Shown here: in pieces, positions 35,711 to 50,191 of the stretch
How the letters are laid out: each line of letters opens with the position of its first letter
Position numbering within the stretch: position 1 is the stretch's first letter
NCBI GenBank assembly: GCA_015680685.1
Contig: MNCI01001300.1
Coordinates: 228,059 to 292,058, forward strand
Reading direction: 5' to 3'
Length of the DNA: 64,000 nt
Source: Gnetum montanum
Lineage: Eukaryota > Plantae > Gnetophyta
Notes under the pieces: model-generated
Database searches by the model: none
Told to the model about the DNA's origin: nothing
The model's input: the letters and a program-made list of their open reading frames with translations, nothing else
Position numbers and translations under genes: made by a program

Positions 35711-38700
35711 ATGGCTTTTAAGAAGAAAGATTTTTAAACCTTGAATAAAGATATGAAGAGCATGAAATCTACCTTTTAGCTGATGCTTGAAAAATTAGAT
35801 GAGATCAATGCTAAGGTGGATAGAAGTGAAGGTTGTAGTCATATTTTGGCTTGTGATGATGATGAGCATTCATATTAAAATGGTGATGAAAAAGTTTCAT
35901 AGCCTAGTGAAAGGAGAGAAAATAAGGAGGAAGAGCAGTCTAGCTATGAGAGTGTGAGAATATATTATTATTGGATTCTATAGGAAGGAAATCTAAATTT
36001 TCATATCATAATTCCAAGATCTCCATAATAAACATCTTCTTCTTCTTATGCAGGATTGGATGATGAAGATGAAGCAAGACTTACTAGAGAATTCAAGAAT
36101 ATTGCAATACTTATGTTGAACTGAAAAATTTCAATGGTATAGATGGTACCAATGCATTTTCAAGTTGGATAAAGGTACTTGACAAGTATTTTGAGCTTGA
36201 GGAGGTACCAAATCATCTGAGGGTACTCATTGTTGAATCTAAACCTGAAGGTATGGTTTCAACTTGATGGAAAAAAGAGTTCCAAAGTTATGTGAGGTAA
36301 AATGGTCAACCTATTAGGGATTGGTATTTGAGAAAATATAAATTGAAAATAGAAATTTAAAAAATCTAGGTAGAGATAAGAGATAATCATAAAGCTTAAA
36401 TTTCTTACATAGGGAGGCAAAATGTTAAGGAATTTTAAATTGAATTTTGTGAACAATTCCATTAAGCTAATGTAAATATGAAGAAATATGAACATGGTTC
36501 AATATTTTGTAGAGGCCTCAAGATGGTGTATTAGTAGGAGTTATCATTCTAAGAGCCTCAAACATTTAATGAGGTTTATGATTTGGCACTTAAGGTGGAA
36601 AAGAAACTTAGTTAATTTGGGAGTAGGAGTAAACAAGCTTTAAAAGAGAAGAACAAAGGATCCAAGTTTGGGAGATATCCAAGTCAAGATTTGAATGCAA
36701 GGACAACAACCATAGGAAGAAGTAAGAGAAGGATAATGAGAAGGACAAGGCCAAGAAGAACCAAGGAAAATAAGACAAGATTCAAGGTAATAATTCATTC
36801 AAGTTTCATTGCTTCAAGTGTGAATAACGAGGCCACAAATAATAGGAATGTTCGATTCAAAAGGTAACTAAGGGTAAGGATGTAAAAACCATGGAGGTGG
36901 AGGAATCATTAAGTCAAGATCTTTAGAAAGGTAATTCTAATGCTCCAAAAATTAAAGAAGTTTCTAAATTGAATTCTTGTGCATTTATGCAAAATTGAAT
37001 AGAGGAGACCATCCAACAAGAAAGTTGTTGTTTTGGATTAGGGCTAGATTTTTCTTAGTGGGGAATGGATTCATATTTTGATTGATAGGAGAGTCAAAGA
37101 AAATGTTATTCTTTCTAGGATTGTTTCTATATCAGGTTTAGTGAGATATCCTCATCCTAGACCCTACAAGGTGCTTTGGATATCTAAAGACTTCTCCCAA
37201 GATATGAGAGAGTAATGTGTTTTTGAATTTAAAATTGGGAGTTATCATTATGTTATAAAATGTGATTTATTGCTAGTTGATTGTGCTGATGTAATTATTG
37301 AAAGGTCCTTGAATTTTGACAATGGTGTTTAATTTTATGGAGTAAGAAATGTGTGGAATGTAGCTAGAAATGATGGAATCCATGAGTTGATTCCTATGAT
37401 AGCTAAATAAGTGAGGTAGTAAAGCTTAATTATTACTTCTTTAATTGTTCTTATGAAGAGAGAATATGTTATGAAAGATGATGAGGTTGGTTTTGGCTTT
37501 GTGATTATCTCAATTATTTCTTCTAACCATGATTTTGTGTAGTTAGATCTTTCAACAAGTGTGCTAGGGATAAAGGAGCAATTTTTCAATGTATTCAAAG
37601 AGGAATTAGATGTATTTTCACTAATGAGGAATGTTTAGCACCAAATTAATTTCATCCATAGTGCTACCATTTCAAATGTGAAATCATATTGGATGACATA
37701 AAATCATAAGGTTGAATTGCAAAGGCAGCTAAAGGAGCTACTTGCAAATGGCTTCATGAAGGAGTCAATTTCTCCTTGTGTAGTTCTATTAGTGCTTGTG
37801 CTAAAAGAGGATAGTGAAGAATGGAGAATGTATATTAATTCAAGAGCTATGAATAGGATAATAGTGAGGTATGAGTTTCATATTCTAAGTATGGATGATA
37901 TCTTTGATATCCTTACTAATGCAAATTTTTTAGCAAAATTGGTTCGCAGAGTGGTTACTATCAAATTTAAATTAGACCTAGTGATGAATGGAAGATAGCT
38001 TTCAAGACACTAGATTGATTGTTTGAGTGGTTAGTAATGCTATTTAAGCTTTAAAATTCTCCTAGTACATTCATGAGGTTGATGCATAATGTCCTCAAGA
38101 AATTTATTGGTAAGTATTGTATTATCTTCTTTGATGATATTTTAGGATACAACTCTAATGAGGAAAAGCATTGTATCTCTTGAGGAAAGTGTGTATGAAC
38201 TTGGAGGAAGTACATTTGGTGAAAAATATGAAGAAGAGTCAATTATTCAAGAGAAAGATTACATATTTGGAATATGTGATTTCTAAAAATCAAAATTGGA
38301 TGGAAGCTACCATGGTAAAGGCTATTAGAAATTGGTCAAATCCTAGAAATGTTTGGAAGATAAGATCATGTTCTTGGTTTAGTAGGTCTTTACTAGTCAT
38401 TCATAAAAAAATTTAGTATTATTTCATGGCCTATATTTTCTTTTCTTAAGAAGAATCAAGATTTCAAGTGGGGTAATGAAACCCAAAGAAAATTTAACTT
38501 GTTGAAGGTAAAAAAAAATTAGTGAAATAGTACTTGTAATACCATATTTCCAGAAGCTTTCTTAGGTGGAGGTGGATGCAAGTAGACTTGCCATTGGATG
38601 GATATTTTCATAAGAAAAAAAACATATGGCTTTATTTTGAAAAACATTGAATGAGTTAAGGTTGAAATGTAATGTATATGAGAAGGAATTGTATACTATT

Positions 38701-40340
38701 CTTTAAATAATAAAGCATTGGAGGCATTATCTATTGCACAAGGAGTTCACTTTGATGAATAACCATAAAGCACTTCAATTTTTAATTTCCAAAGAAGTTG
38801 AGTGTCAAACACATGATGTAGGTGGCATAATTGTAAGAGTTTAATTTTGTTCTTGAGCACAAGAGTGGGAAAGACAATGTGCTAGCAGATGCATTTTCAA
38901 GGGTGCATATGGTGAATTTTAGTGTGCCTCAGGTGGAAGGTATGAAGGATTTTGCTAAATTATATGGGCATGATTTAGATTTGGATAGGCTTGGAGAAGT
39001 CTCAAAGAATCATTGTTGAGTATGATAGTCCAATGGAGGAACTATCACATTCAAAATGAACTACTATTCAAGAATGGGAAGGTTTATATTCCCAATTATG
39101 ATTTTGGAAAATAGATTTTGGTTAAAAAACATTGTGGTCACATGGGAACAAATAAGAATTAGAGCTTGTGGGTAGGCACTATTTTCGGCCTAGAATGGTC
39201 TATGAGGTATTCAAATTTATGGAGTATTTGACATGTCAAAAATTCAAGGGAGGTAAAGGAATTTATGAAAATTATATGCCCTTTCCAATTCCCAAGGGTC
39301 ATTGGAAACGTATGTTAATGGAATTTGTGAGTTTGATTTTGAAGACCAAAAGTAAAAACAATGTTATTTTTATAGTGGAAAGCACATTCTCCAAGATGGA
39401 ACACTTCATTCTTTGCTAAAACGTAAATAATGTATCTCATATTACAAGTTTTCTTTTTTAGCATGTTGTGAGATTATATGAGACTCTAAATATTGTTAGC
39501 AATAGAGATTTCAAGTTTACTAGTCATTTTTACAAATCCATTTGAAATATTTTATGTAAAAAATTTGAATTTTTCTAGTGCATATCATCCATATTTTGAT
39601 GGCCAAATTGAACTATTCAATAAATATTTGCTTATTATTATTTTGATGTGTTTGTGTGAATAATAACTCAATAGGTGGAAGAACTTGTGTCATATGAGTT
39701 TTCCTATAATGATACTTTTCATGTTATTATTGGGAAAAGCTCACTTAAGTTTAACTATGAATTTTATCCAAAGATGATGAACAATGTTAGGAGCTTTAAT
39801 GGAGAAGTTCAATCAAATGTTGATTTTATGTGAGAGCTGAAGGATATTCATGCTCAAGTGAAGAAAATAAGAAGAAGGCTAAAGAAAGAATCTTAAAGAG
39901 GAATGAGAGTGAGAGAAAGCCAAAATTTGCTATTGGTGATATTGTTTAGGTACACTTGAAGGAGAAGAGGTTGAAAGATATTAACTTCTCAAAATTGAAG
40001 GCCAAAAAGATGGGTCCTTTTAGGATAAAGGCTAACATCAATGATAATGATTTTGAAATTGACTTACCAAACTATTTGAGTATGTCTTTTATTTTTAATG
40101 TTGTAGATCTTGTATATTACCGTGGATCTACAAATGATGAAATTTTATAGGGTAACATTGATGAGTTGAAGGGGGCTATTAATAAGTACAAGACTTCATA
40201 GGAGAGGAAGGAAATAGTACTTAAGAAGAGAAAAGCTTCAAGAAATTATCAAGTAAAAAGGCATGGGTACTTGATTCATTGGAAGGTTTAAATTTCATGA
40301 TGTCATATGGATCCACAAGGCCAAACTTGTTAAGTAGGGG
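35711..40340 (+). pseudogene. gag-pol: gag-pol of CRM-like element: gag, protease, RT, RNase H, integrase, chromodomain; many stops and frameshifts
   Basis: HPRPYKVLWI (~37150), RT QLKELLANGFMKESISPC..WRMYINSRAMN and IIFFDDIL (~38120-38145), RNase H VEVDAS (~38566), integrase YFRPRM..CQKFKG, KLKAKKMGPF, chromodomain-like YLIHWK..DVIWI (~40268-40315). Confidence 0.9.
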
Positions 40341-41459
40341 ATCATTTCTACCCTTACTCCATTATTAACTTGAGTTTACTTTTTGAAGGGTGGGAATGCT
40401 AATGTAGGAATACATCTTCCAAATCCATTTTCATCCTTGCAAGTGGAAGACTAAAGATTTTGGATAGCTTAGGATATGTCTTATATCTTTATAGATGTCT
40501 TGCCTAAGATTTTGACGTGCACATGAGACATATTGTTCATTCAAGGGATTTGTTGCCTAAGAGCTGCTAGATCACAATGATTATGCCATTTGTATGAAAA
40601 ATGTCTTGTCCAAGAAGGAACATGGCTTGGCTATAGAGAATACATCTTTAGGGAGATGTCTTGCATGAGAGAAAGATGGATTATCTTTAGAGGAGATGTC
40701 TTGTTAAAATTTTAGATGTCTTTCTTGCATCTTGGGTTTGACAAGCCAAGACTCAATGATACTTATGTTTATTAAGACTCCTCTTGGATTTATTAGACTA
40801 GTTTTTGAAGTCCTTTTACATATTTTTTAAATTTCTAACTCAATGGTACTTAGTGGAATTACCAAGCCAAGACTCTTACCACTAAGTTCAAATAAAGACT
40901 AAGTAGAAAAAATGAGAGCATGGATGGAAACGAAGTCTATGAGATAAATGAAGATGTTTCGAGGAATACAAAGATGTCAAAATGACAAAGTAATTCTCTA
41001 AATCTCAAAGTGTGCAATCAAAGTAGACACCTCACAAAAGCAACAGACATCTATCTCAGAGAGTAGATGCCTCATTGTAGATGTCTCCACTTTTAGGTAG
41101 ATGTATCTCTTGTATTGTGGCTAGTTGTAGTTAGACATATTATCCTTGAAGTAGATATCTAAAATAGCTATTTAGAAGCTATCACATGAATTCTGAGGAG
41201 TTTTTGTAACCTCAAAGGGTATAGGATGAAGTGAAATTCTTGGGAAAGATGCAAGTATTTTTCATTGCCAAATCTATCAAAGGCTACTCAAAGAGATTTT
41301 TTGAGTTTTTTCTTAATTGTATTATCATTTATATGTATTGGTTGTATTGAGCCTCATTGCAAGGACTTTGTAAATTAGGTTACACTTTCTTCTTGATCTT
41401 TTTCTTTCTTTCCTTGTAGCCTTGTGGGATTTATGTGCTTCTTGTGGGATGGCATCTTT

Positions 41460-41776
41460 GTTGAGCTTTCCAAGATCTTGCAAGCTTAAGTGGTTTTGTA
41501 GTGGAAAAATACTCTAGTGTGGAGCTCACATTTGTAAAGATTGTGGGATCCTTTACATTACATTTTGAGCTTGTTGAGACCTTTCAAGGTTGAGTGATTT
41601 CATGATGATGAAATATTTTAGAGTGGAGCTCAAATTTTGTAAAGGTTGTGGTGCCCTTTAAACCATATTTTGAGCTTGTTAGGAACTTGCAGGATTGAGT
41701 GGTTTCATAGTGATGAAACAAGTTAGAGTGGAGCTCAAATCTTATAAAGATTGTGGTGTCATTTAAACCACATTTT
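41460..41776 (+). repeat. Three ~104-bp tandem units inside the Copia LTR
   Basis: ttgagctt...gtggagctca...taaag(a/g)ttgtgg...cat(t/a)ttt repeated three times. Confidence 0.85.
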
Positions 41777-41976
41777 AAATAAACAAAGTCTACAGGTATG
41801 CATAGATTCTACCCTTCGAGTATGGACATATCCATGTTACGTAAAAATTATGTTTGATTTTGGTGGCTACAATTTTAGTTGGGGAACTTATTTAACTTGC
41901 TCCTTCTAAGTTCTCAATCCAAAATTGGTATTAGAGCCCAATAACCTCAAGTTTGTGCCTCACATTTCAAGAGTGA

Positions 41977-43760
41977 ATGATGGAGGGGACATCTCACACT
42001 AATCCATTGATGTTCAATGTGTTTGAATTTACATATTGGAAGGCAAGAATGCAAGGATTCTTTGAATCCATGAAATTTGAAGTCTGAGAGTTAATTCTTG
42101 AAGGCTACACACCACCCATTGATAACACCACAAGAGCGCTCAAGAAACGAAGCAAATGGACCTCAGAAGAAAAAGATAAGGTCAAGTTTGACTCAAAAGC
42201 TAAAAATTATTTGTATTATGCATTGAATAAATTTGAGTTTAATAGAATAGCTAGGTTTAAAATAGCAAAGGAAATATGGGAAACTTTAGAGGCAACCTAG
42301 AAGGGTATATATATTGTCAAGAAATCAAAACTTTTAGTGTTGCAAAGTGAATATGACAAACTTAAAATGAAAGGAGAAGAAAAGATTATGGACTACTTCT
42401 CAATGAAAAATGATATTGTAGTAGCCATATGAGGGATGGAAAAGGACCTGCGAGAGAGTAATATGATCATAAAACTGATTAGAACCTTGTAGCCCAAGTT
42501 TAGATCAAAACTCACAACCATGGAAGAAATTAGAGATTTCTTGGTGCTAAAATTTAAAGAGCTTCAAAGTTCTCTTACTACTTATGAAATTAATCTTATA
42601 AGTGAAGGAGCCATAAAAGAAAAGCCCATCACCCTCAAATTTTCATCAAAGAAGAATGATATGGTTGAACAAGATACAAATAGTGAAGATGAATTAGTTG
42701 TTCCATTAAGGAAAGTTCAAAGACTTCTTCCTAGAAAAGGAAGATGCTTTAATCAACTAGGGCCCAATCAATCCAGCACAAAAGGTAGAGAAAAGGATAA
42801 GAATTTCAAAAATTCAATTTTTGATGAATTTTCTATAGAATGTTGGGTATGTGATGGAAGAGACTATGTGGCTTCCAAATGTCCTAGTGCTAGCAAGATC
42901 TAAAAAAAAGAAGAAGATCAATCTAAAGTTGAGTCCAAAAAGGACTTCTTCACTAGTTGGGATGAAGAATAAAGTGAAGAGACCTCACAAGATTCACATC
43001 TCATTTACATGACTCTTACAGAAGATGATAATAGAACAACTAAAGATGATGATCAAATAATAGAGATTAATGAAGAAAGGTGTGGCCTATTGTGTAATGA
43101 ACTTTTGTCCTTTCAAAGTCTTTGTATCAAGATAAATAAGGCTTTAAAAGATAAGGATCAAGAATTATCTCTACTCAACATAAAATATTTAGATATCTCA
43201 CAAAAAAAATTAGACCTAAGGGTTGAGAATAAAAAACTAACCTTTTCTTATGAGTATATTGAAAAAGAACTTGCAGATACAAAACTTGTGAATGAGAGAC
43301 TTGTCAAAGGAAGGAGTCCCTTCATGTACTTCTAGGAAAAGAATGAAACCCACATGATAAAAGTGGATTGGGATGCTATCAACAAGAAGAAGTATCAACA
43401 TCCAAACAAAAGGTTGGACCAAGGTTAGAAGTATCAATAAACACTTCATCCAAACAAATGGCAGCTCTAATTTTTATCCATTTTAACCAAAGTGGAAAGG
43501 CTAGATGCTATTATTATGGTATCATTGGGCATAAACAGTGGAATTACAATTTAAAATATCACCACATGAATACTTGGTCATATGATAAGGCTATTTGGTC
43601 TTACCTAAAGGTACCCAGAAAGGAAATCCTATAGAATAAAAGGGAGTGAAAGATAAATCAAAAGAATAAGGAAAGTAAAAAGCTATGGAGAATTAAGTAA
43701 AAAGAAGATGGTGAAAGCACCCTCACTAGTAGTTTCATGAAGGGAAGTTAGATGTTGGAA
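41977..43760 (+). pseudogene. gag: Copia (SIRE-like) gag with two Zn-knuckle remnants and a coiled-coil region
   Basis: MMEG..PLMFN..YWKARMQGF..AKEIWETLE..VKKSKL..LKMKGEEKI..LQSSLTTYE; IECWVCDGRDYVASKC; RCYYYGIIGHKQWNY. Confidence 0.88.
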
Positions 43761-43830
43761 ATACAAGAAATTTGTATGAAGATAGGAGGAATTTCAAAAG
43801 GAGAGCCTTGAAGCACCACTATAATTTTCA

Positions 43831-45310
43831 TGTTGTAGCCATTTTTCATCATTTAGCCTTCACCCCATGAAACCCAAGGCAAAAATTCATTGTAAATGTG
43901 AAGGTTATAACCCATAGGGGACAATCTCACATATTTCATGCTTTTGGGGTTGAAAAATGGCTCATAAGTGGTTAAAGCCTCATCTCCTAAGTGGAAAAAG
44001 TCATGTACTATCTATGTTTAGGCTTGTGGGGGGTTCAAAAATGCCTTTTGGAATGCCAAAAATGGAAATTTGATGGGTTTTATGNNNNNNNNNNNNNNNN
44101 NNNNGCGGGGGGGGGGGGGGGGGGGGGGGTGGTAGACCTCACCTACCCCTAGTGTGGAGGAATGTAAATCACCTACTCAGAGCATGGAAGGGTAGACCTC
44201 AATGTGAAGGGATATGGTGGCATCTATGCTCAGCATGGAAACTTCACCCCCAACATGGAGATTTCACCCCCAATGTGGAGACTACATTTTTAGCATGGAG
44301 ATTGCATTCCCCTAGTATAGAAGCTACATGCACTAGATTTCAACATTCCATGCACTTCAGCATTGACCATGCACTTCGGGGAGGATGATAGAAGGCCTAG
44401 GATAGAAGATCTTACTTTAGTGTAGATGGTGTGCCCTTGTTACTATTTATAGTAAATGGAATGACCATGGGGGTTTGGCACTTTCCATACATAGTAACCC
44501 CCAAAATTGGGCATCCATCTCCCATGTACATGACAAAAATTTGTAGCAATTTTCAGCCAATATTTCAACCAAATTATAGCCATTTTGCAACCTAATCCAT
44601 GGCCCTAAACTTATGAAAATCAGCCTCAAACACCATTTTGAGGTTCCACAATTTTTTCATTCACATACTTTGGAATTTGTAGCACTTGAGAGCTCTTACA
44701 CACTTGTAGAAGCACAAATTCTCAGGTCTCTTCAGCATGGAATCCCTTGTGGCCCTATAACACCCATTACCCCCTTGAGATTTTTGAGTTTTTGTGTTTC
44801 TATGTTACACTCTTAGGAACCCCAAATCTCAGTGTAGAGCACTATGGTAGACCAAATCCTACACTTTTCTCACTCACCAACAGTAGCCAACATGGTATAT
44901 TTGGAGCAATAGTAAAGAAGGTTCAATAACATTGAGAGTGGCTAAGCATCCAAATTGTGAAGTGGATTATATCGACTTTAATGGACTCTAAACCCTCACC
45001 CAAGGGAACCCCCTTTGCTCTTCCACCAGCAACTTTTGTACACATCTCATGAGCTAATTCTTTATTTTTAATAAAGTTATATAGTTTTAGTTTTATGTGC
45101 AATTCATATTTTCTTTCAGTTTTCCAAATCTCTAATTTTTACATTTTTATTTTCTCTAATCTTATTTTGCATTTCATAAGTCACTGGGTGATCTATTGGA
45201 CCATTTGGGGTACCTTGAATTCTATGTTTTTAGAGGCCATAGAGATTTGGAGTTAATGCTATGTGCTAAGATCTTTACTTTTCCAGTGATCGAGTGTTTT
45301 AGTCACAATA
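43831..45310 (+). mobile_element. 5' LTR of Tat-type element A (contains a 20-N gap, poly-G and short degenerate repeats at 44130-44330)
   Basis: TGTTGTAG..GTCACAATA imperfect inverted termini, followed by PBS at 45317. Confidence 0.65.
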
Positions 45311-45316
45311 GATTTC

Positions 45317-45333
45317 TAGCACTAGAAGGAGGG
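45317..45333 (+). promoter_or_regulatory. Primer binding site, tRNA-Asn type
   Basis: TAGCACTAGAAGGAGGG, close to the complement of plant tRNA-Asn 3' end (CCCTCCTTCTAGCGCCA). Confidence 0.8.
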
Positions 45334-46149
45334 CCTCCACCTAATTTCTTTGTTAACATCTATTTTCCCCATTGCCAATAGTGTATACCATTTGAAAATC
45401 TTCATTTTTGAGCCAAAATCTTCAAAGTTGCATTATAATCAATGCTATATTCCATCCTTCTTTACTCCCAAAATCTAGTGTGGAAGTGACAGGTGTTTGG
45501 GTATTGAAATTTTTACAATCGTTGATGTGAATTTCCAAAGCCAACATTGATTTTTTGGTGCATTTTCTTCCTCCCCTTGGCTACCAAAATTCTCTCAGTT
45601 TTCAGTGTTGGTGGTTTTAGCCCTTTCAAAAGCCACTAGACTTCCAAAAGTTCACTAAACTCCCATCCCCCCTTCCTAGCTGAGCAAATTGGCAACCTAC
45701 CAAAACCATTTTTTGGTGGAAAGCATCAACTTTCCACTTTGGTTTCCAACACCTCCGTTTACCAATGTTTACAAGAAAGGTATGCGATCTCCCTAATTTC
45801 ACCTCTTTCTTTTTTCCTATTGCACCCAGCATAGGTGCATTTAGGAAGCTTAGCATTGATAATTTTTGGAACTTTATTTCTAGATTTCCATTGTTGGCAA
45901 AGGGATGTACCTCCCTTAACCCCCACTTACTATTTATAATAAGTATCCTATTTTTAGTCATTTTTTTCTTCTTTTAGCCATTTTTAAATTTCACTTGCTA
46001 GAATCTACTCTTTTTTGTCTTTATAACCTATCCTAATCCATTTTCAACATCATAGCTATGTATTTCAAATAATTGACCAAGTTGCCATTTGATTTCATTG
46101 ACAACAAGTCTAGCTACCAAGTTGTAAGGATATATGATCCCAAGGAATG

Positions 46150-49100
46150 CACGATAGTCAAATGTAGATAATTTTGAAGACTTAGGGGGTAGAGCCCTAA
46201 CTTCTTGGTAATAAATGAAGAGCACTATAGCTTCATTTTTTCCAAGATCTAGGCTAGCATGCTAATTTCGAGAATAGAAGTAGAAGCCAAAAGAGAATTT
46301 GAGCTCCTACATCACAATGAAAAGGAGTATATTCCCTTCTTGTATGACCAAATACCTTTCTATGATGTTCATGCTAGCATCCTAACTCATGTAATTAACA
46401 TGGAAGAAATGGATTGAATGTCTACCTTAGATGGATAGCCAAAGGAGGAAGATGAATTTAGGGAAGAATTTGAGCCTGAAAGCATCGTAGGTGCACTTTT
46501 CCAACAAGCCATTCTTAGGAAAATAGGGCCTACCTCCCACCCTTTTATTTCTTCCATAGAGCATGTCCCACCACCTTTGTCCCCTATGTACCCAATCATG
46601 TTTGGGTCCATACTAGTCATAGTTGTACATTAGAATCGATCAATGCCATAACCAACAACTTATAACCTCTCCATGCCTTTTTCCACATATCCCTCATTTG
46701 TGTGGCCATCAGTAGTGGTTGTTACCACTGTAAATCCGTTGGCCAACCAAGTGGAGCCTACGATGGGAGCCTAAACAACCTATGGGTCACATACCTCCTT
46801 TGTTCCATTTGTGCCCTAGAGACTAGCACAAACATCTTTCTCCTTGTTTGGTCTAACTACTATAGCTACAACGCAACCTTTGCCCTCTATTCAACAATTG
46901 ATAATGAGGCCAAAAGCCTTCCAATAGATTCCATAACCATTTTTGCAAACCTTGGAATCGATAAGAACACCATAGGGCCTAGATTAGGCCTTTCAAATGA
47001 TCTAGGACCTAATAGAGAAGTTGAAGAGGTTTAAAGTGTCTACATATCAAAGCATCAAGATCAAGGACTTCTACCAAGATGATCCCATCAGTCTTGTGGT
47101 CCCACCCTTTTCACTCCCTCTTGGTGTTCCCATCCCTTAATTCAGCAAGTACAATGGAGAAGGTGATCCTAATGCTCACCTCATTACCTTTTACTCTGTG
47201 TGCTTCATGTTGTAACCATGGACACATACCATAATGAGGATCTTCCCTATGTCTTTGACATGAAAAGCGCTTAACTAGTACCATGCCTTATTGAGGGAAT
47301 CTATATCCTCTCTTAAAGAGTTGATAGTGTAGCTCATTGATTGATTTAAGTATAACTTGAAGCTTGACACTACGCTTGATCAATTGATGAATTTTAAGCA
47401 AGGATCCCTCAAACTAGTGTAGAAGTTCATCCAATGATGGAATGATCTTCTCAACAAGATACCAAAGCCTATAGTTAGAACCCATATTTTGGCTATATTA
47501 AAGTAGATGGTTAATGACTTTATCAAGTCCAAGCTCTATTACCTTGACCTATGGTCACTTAGTCAAACGTTCTCCCAAACCAAAAACATAGAGGACATTG
47601 TAGCATTACTTTGCTTATGTGGCATACAAAAACCAACATACACAAAGGGGCAAAGAGAGAGGTAAGCATAATAGTGTAGCTGTAGCCATCATAACCAAAG
47701 AGACCAAAACTACTAACTAGGGGCCAAAGGCCACCCTATCCAAAGCCCTTACTAATAACCAAGAGAACCAACCATCAACCTTTGGGGCCAATACATTGAT
47801 CACTTCTAGAATAAACTTTGAGAGAAAGGATAGGACAAAGTGCGTTAGTTTACCTTTAAGGCCATCTAAATTACTAGATCAACTGTTGAAGAGTGGGCAT
47901 ATACAATATAAGAAAATGACTAAAGCCACTCAAAAGAAGCATAAGTGGCTATGCAAAATAACCAAAGAACCCACTCAAGTGACAAAAGATGACCCTCAAC
48001 TGCCTAGGTGTTTTAAGCTAGACCACTTTTTCCACTATTACCAATTACTTGGTCATGACATAGACTTTTGCCTCATGTTGAAGGATGACCTATAGAAAAT
48101 GATAGATAGGAGAGAATTAGTCTTAGATACCTCCAACCTAGTCTAACCATAAAATCAATTGATGTAGGTGCATAAGGGCCTATTGAATGTTAATAATAAC
48201 CCCTATGTAATATCAATGTTCAACATTGATGACAACTGGAGACTAGCGAGGGAACCATTCATGATCTGGGTACCCCCTCATGATGAAAGGGCCTTTTTAG
48301 CTTTCATCCCCCTTTTGTTGTGAGAGTACCATCATGCACACCTCCAAGGGAGCCCTTTGTCATCAAGGTGCCCCAATTAGCCATAGCCCAATTGATCATC
48401 ATAACCACACAACAACCTTTTGTGGTGGCTAATGCTATAGCCTCTTCCTCACAAGCAACAAATGACAACCAAGAAGCCTCAACCAAGTAGAGGAAGAAGC
48501 ATAAACAAAAGCTTAACAACAAGGGTGACAAGCAAACCAAGGCACAAAAGGAAGTGGACCCACTAAAGCTCACTCCAATATTGTCTATACCCATGACCTC
48601 CTCTGCACAACTTGCCTCAACTAGCAAACCATAAGAGGACCCCATACCAAAAAGCAAAAGAAATAGGAGAGACCCCAACAACAACAACCTAAGGTTAAAG
48701 TTTGCATTTTTGGGTGCATGAAGGAAGAAAAGTATAATTGGGGTGATAAGCCCACAACCAATGATAAAAGCTTCATCAATGTGATGGAGCAATTCAAATA
48801 GTCCATCAAATAGAAAAATACAACCTTGAGCCTATATGACTTGATCATGACTTTCACTACACATCGTGAAGCACTTGTCAAAATGTTGACTTTTATCCCC
48901 ATGAATGAGGACATCCCTACTAATGAGGAATCCATCTATGCGATAATGGTTCCTTCTTCACTGAGGGAAAAGAAGTCAACATTGTTGATGTTTAGTGATA
49001 GCAAGGTCAAGATTAATCCTCAAAATTGCAAAGTAGCCAAGGCTCCTCTTTTCATAACCATATGCATAGGGTAGTTTAAGGTGCATCGAGTGGATGTTAA

Positions 49101-49743
49101 TGATGGTGCCACAACTAATGTTATCCCATGCACTAATGTTGACCACCTAGGCTTGACTGAGAAAATACAACATATGACAACTATAGCTCTCAAGTCCTTC
49201 AATAGATCAAGCATTGCTGTCAAGGGGTCTATCTCCTTGAACTTTGTGATAGGGGAGAAATTCCCAACAACTGTCAATTTCTTGGTTGTGGAGGAGATGC
49301 CAGGATTTAACCTTATTGTAGGAAGACCTTAGTTGGCTTAGTTATGGGCCATGTCTTCACCTATCCACTAAGAGATTTACCTTCCTTATGAAGGAGGTGA
49401 AATCATCATTCATGGTGATAATGAGGTTCCCCTGGCTATCAACAACCTAGATGTAGAGTAAGGGTTTGAAGTAGAGTTTCAAGAAGAAACTCCTAGCCAC
49501 AAAGTTTAGTAGCCTAAGAGAGCAAAGAAAGCCAAAAGTGACAAGAATGAACATTGAGACACACTATAGGAAGAGCTTCCTTTTAACATCATTAGTGAAT
49601 GAGATGGACGATACAAACTTGTGCACAGTAGGCCTTACACGTTTCCTAACATATCAAAGATTAGGAAAAGCTTACACAAGTGAGGTGCACCCCTAATCCT
49701 TCCACGTTATGCCCTTGTAACCTTTGTAGCCATGCACCAATAG
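46150..49743 (+). pseudogene. gag-pro: Tat-type gag-protease of element A; no RT/RNase H/integrase follows
   Basis: FSKYNGEGDPNAHL (47141), HYYQLLGHDIDFCLMLKDDL, protease VDVNDGATTNVIP..FNLIVGRP; frame ends near 49743; start approximate. Confidence 0.85.
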
Positions 49744-49982
49744 CCAGTTAACTTAGATTTCATTTGTTTCTTGTTAAGCCTTTATTTTAGCTATATTTTT
49801 ATTTTCTTTATTTTAGCCTTATTAGCATGTAGCCTAGAGACTTATGTTTATTTCCATTTCTATTTATAATGGCCTTTTTATTTCTTTATTTTCCTTGTTT
49901 AGCATGATATAAACTAGAAAATCCATAAAAATTTTTAAAATAGAAAATCACCAAAAAAAAGTATGAGTTTCTTTTCAACAAT

Positions 49983-50191
49983 GGCTTGCCATGGCCAAAA
50001 ATTGGAAACGTTACTTGACTTGCCATGGCCTAAAATTGGCAACATCACTTGACTTGCCATGGCCTAAAATTGCTAGCATAAACAAATCGATTGCCCACCA
50101 TGGCCTAAAACTAGTAACATAGCATGGCTCTTCATGGTCTAAAATTGGAAAAACACTTGAACAACCTATGCCCGCCATGGCCTAAAAATAG
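49983..50191 (+). repeat. Tat motif array 2 (6 units, NNCY-N6-GGYC-NAAAAYTRG)
   Basis: e.g. ggcttgccatggccaaaaattgg, tgcccaccatggcctaaaactag, ggctcttcatggtctaaaattgg. Confidence 0.85.

Larger units (their letters stand above)
34783..40740 (+). mobile_element. Degenerate chromovirus (CRM-like Gypsy); 3' LTR truncated
   Basis: 5' LTR ~34783-35646 aligns with 40400-40740; PBS TGGTATCAGAGC 35648-35659; PPT GAAGGGTGGGAA 40385-40396. Confidence 0.88.
40741..43830 (+). mobile_element. Truncated Copia element, SIRE-like (LTR - PBS - gag)
   Basis: PBS TGGTATTAGAGCC 41926-41938 followed by Copia gag; LTR start not resolved; ends where a Tat LTR begins at 43831. Confidence 0.8.

Noticed and set aside
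44105-44129. Poly-G tract as a G-quadruplex element
   Set aside because: Abuts an N gap; likely a sequencing or assembly artefact
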